This document shows, piece by piece, positions 63,013 to 64,000 of a DNA stretch of 64,000 bases. The notes under the pieces were generated by a model, which was given only the letters and a program-made list of their open reading frames with translations, had not been told where the DNA came from and searched no databases. Source of the stretch: Tubiluchus corallicola (lineage: Eukaryota; Animalia; Priapulida). Within the stretch, counting starts at the first letter, position 1. Each line of letters starts with the position of its first letter. The stretch covers positions 1 through 64,000 of the forward strand of contig JAQGDQ010000684.1 in NCBI GenBank assembly GCA_030141605.1, read 5' to 3'. The translations under genes and the position numbers were made by a program.

Positions 63013-63624
63013 GTGAGAGTCTCTTAGTCAACACTCAAAAATGTTCACCCCCTCCCATATGTCTTCTTTGCATTGAATGGTACACTATTAGTTCCAGTGA
63101 TAGGTAAGTTCCATTAAAAATGAACTTGTTCAATTTTTGTATAGAAGTAAAGTGAACTTTATTCAAGTTCAATTTCATCCCGGCCACAATGAACATTACT
63201 CAAGTTCAAGTCCACGATCGGGTTTTGACAAAGTTCAAGTTGCAATGAATTAACTGCGTAGGTCTATACATCTAGTTATTTAACTAGCATTGTGGAATTC
63301 GCTTTACTAATTTGACTTATTTTCGCTAGTTTTGGCACATGGATTTGGCTAAATTTGGTTCTGTTTGGCTTAATCTTACCAGGAATTTGGCTTACGAATG
63401 ACTCCGTCACCGATCGCCCTGCCCAAAGATCTTGCATATTGAGCACTAGCATAAATTCACAAGTAACAGAAGTCATTTGTTTTTTGGGTTTTTCTCATTT
63501 TAGTTTAGTAGGTGAATTTGAACCTTGAAAATTCAAGTTATTTTTGTAATAATTGTTAACGTTTCCAAGTTCACAAAAAGTCAAGTTCTTGCAACTCCTT
63601 TTTTTGTTTGCGTACTCTGTAAAT

Positions 63625-64000
63625 CAGGGGTGTGCAAATTGCGGCCCACGGGCCACTTGCGGCCCGCCGAGAGAATCTGTGCGGCCCACAATTTGTCAAC
63701 CTAATGAAAGTGCGGCCCGGGCGATTAATTGAGTGTATTCAGCTGAAGTCCGTGCCACGATCCCAATGATAGTGCGGGTAGTTTTTTCTACTAGATCGGA
63801 TGCCATTAACCCTTACAAGACGGTTGTAGCTTAATGTCACTGTACTACACAGACTGTGTGATACACATTACTAATACGCATTGTAATGAAATTACCACTA
63901 TCTGTCCTGAAAGTAGAAATATATGGTTTGTAATATAAATTTTAATAACTTCTAAAATAGTTTCTTGAGTGTAGTAGTAATGATGTACACAGGTCGGATG
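63625..64000 (+). mobile_element. hAT (Charlie-like) MITE running off the window end
   Basis: CAGGGGTGTGCAAATT start; near-identical to 18899-19220 over most of its length, but with a different 5' flank. Confidence 0.85.

Overview
AT-rich, intron-containing eukaryotic (invertebrate animal-like) DNA. From left to right: (1) an eIF4B-like exon on + (791-969). (2) A ~5.5-kb palindrome (arms 1539-4179 and 4436-7080) centred on a MITE, which carries an EFTUD2 exon in both orientations. (3) The first four coding exons of EFTUD2/Snu114 on -. (4) A complete 4-exon METTL5 on + (17000-22480, 211 aa) followed by a 32-bp minisatellite. (5) A tandem cluster of intronless DOMON genes on +: one DOMON-only, probably GPI/TM-anchored protein and three DOMON + cytochrome b561 FRRS1-like ferric reductases, with an intronless class A GPCR on - inside the cluster. 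(6) The last four exons of an unidentified low-complexity protein on - (58865-62684). (7) A frameshifted copy of METTL5 exon 2 inside that gene's intron. Intergenic and intronic DNA is rich in hAT, piggyBac, pogo and Harbinger-type MITEs and in mini/microsatellites. Two things stand out. The palindrome appears to have been nucleated at a short inverted repeat inside the MITE, and it places an EFTUD2 exon in frame downstream of the eIF4B-like exon. Tandem repeats also repeatedly sit on exon boundaries, amplifying donor or acceptor signals. All calls are by eye; no database search was run.
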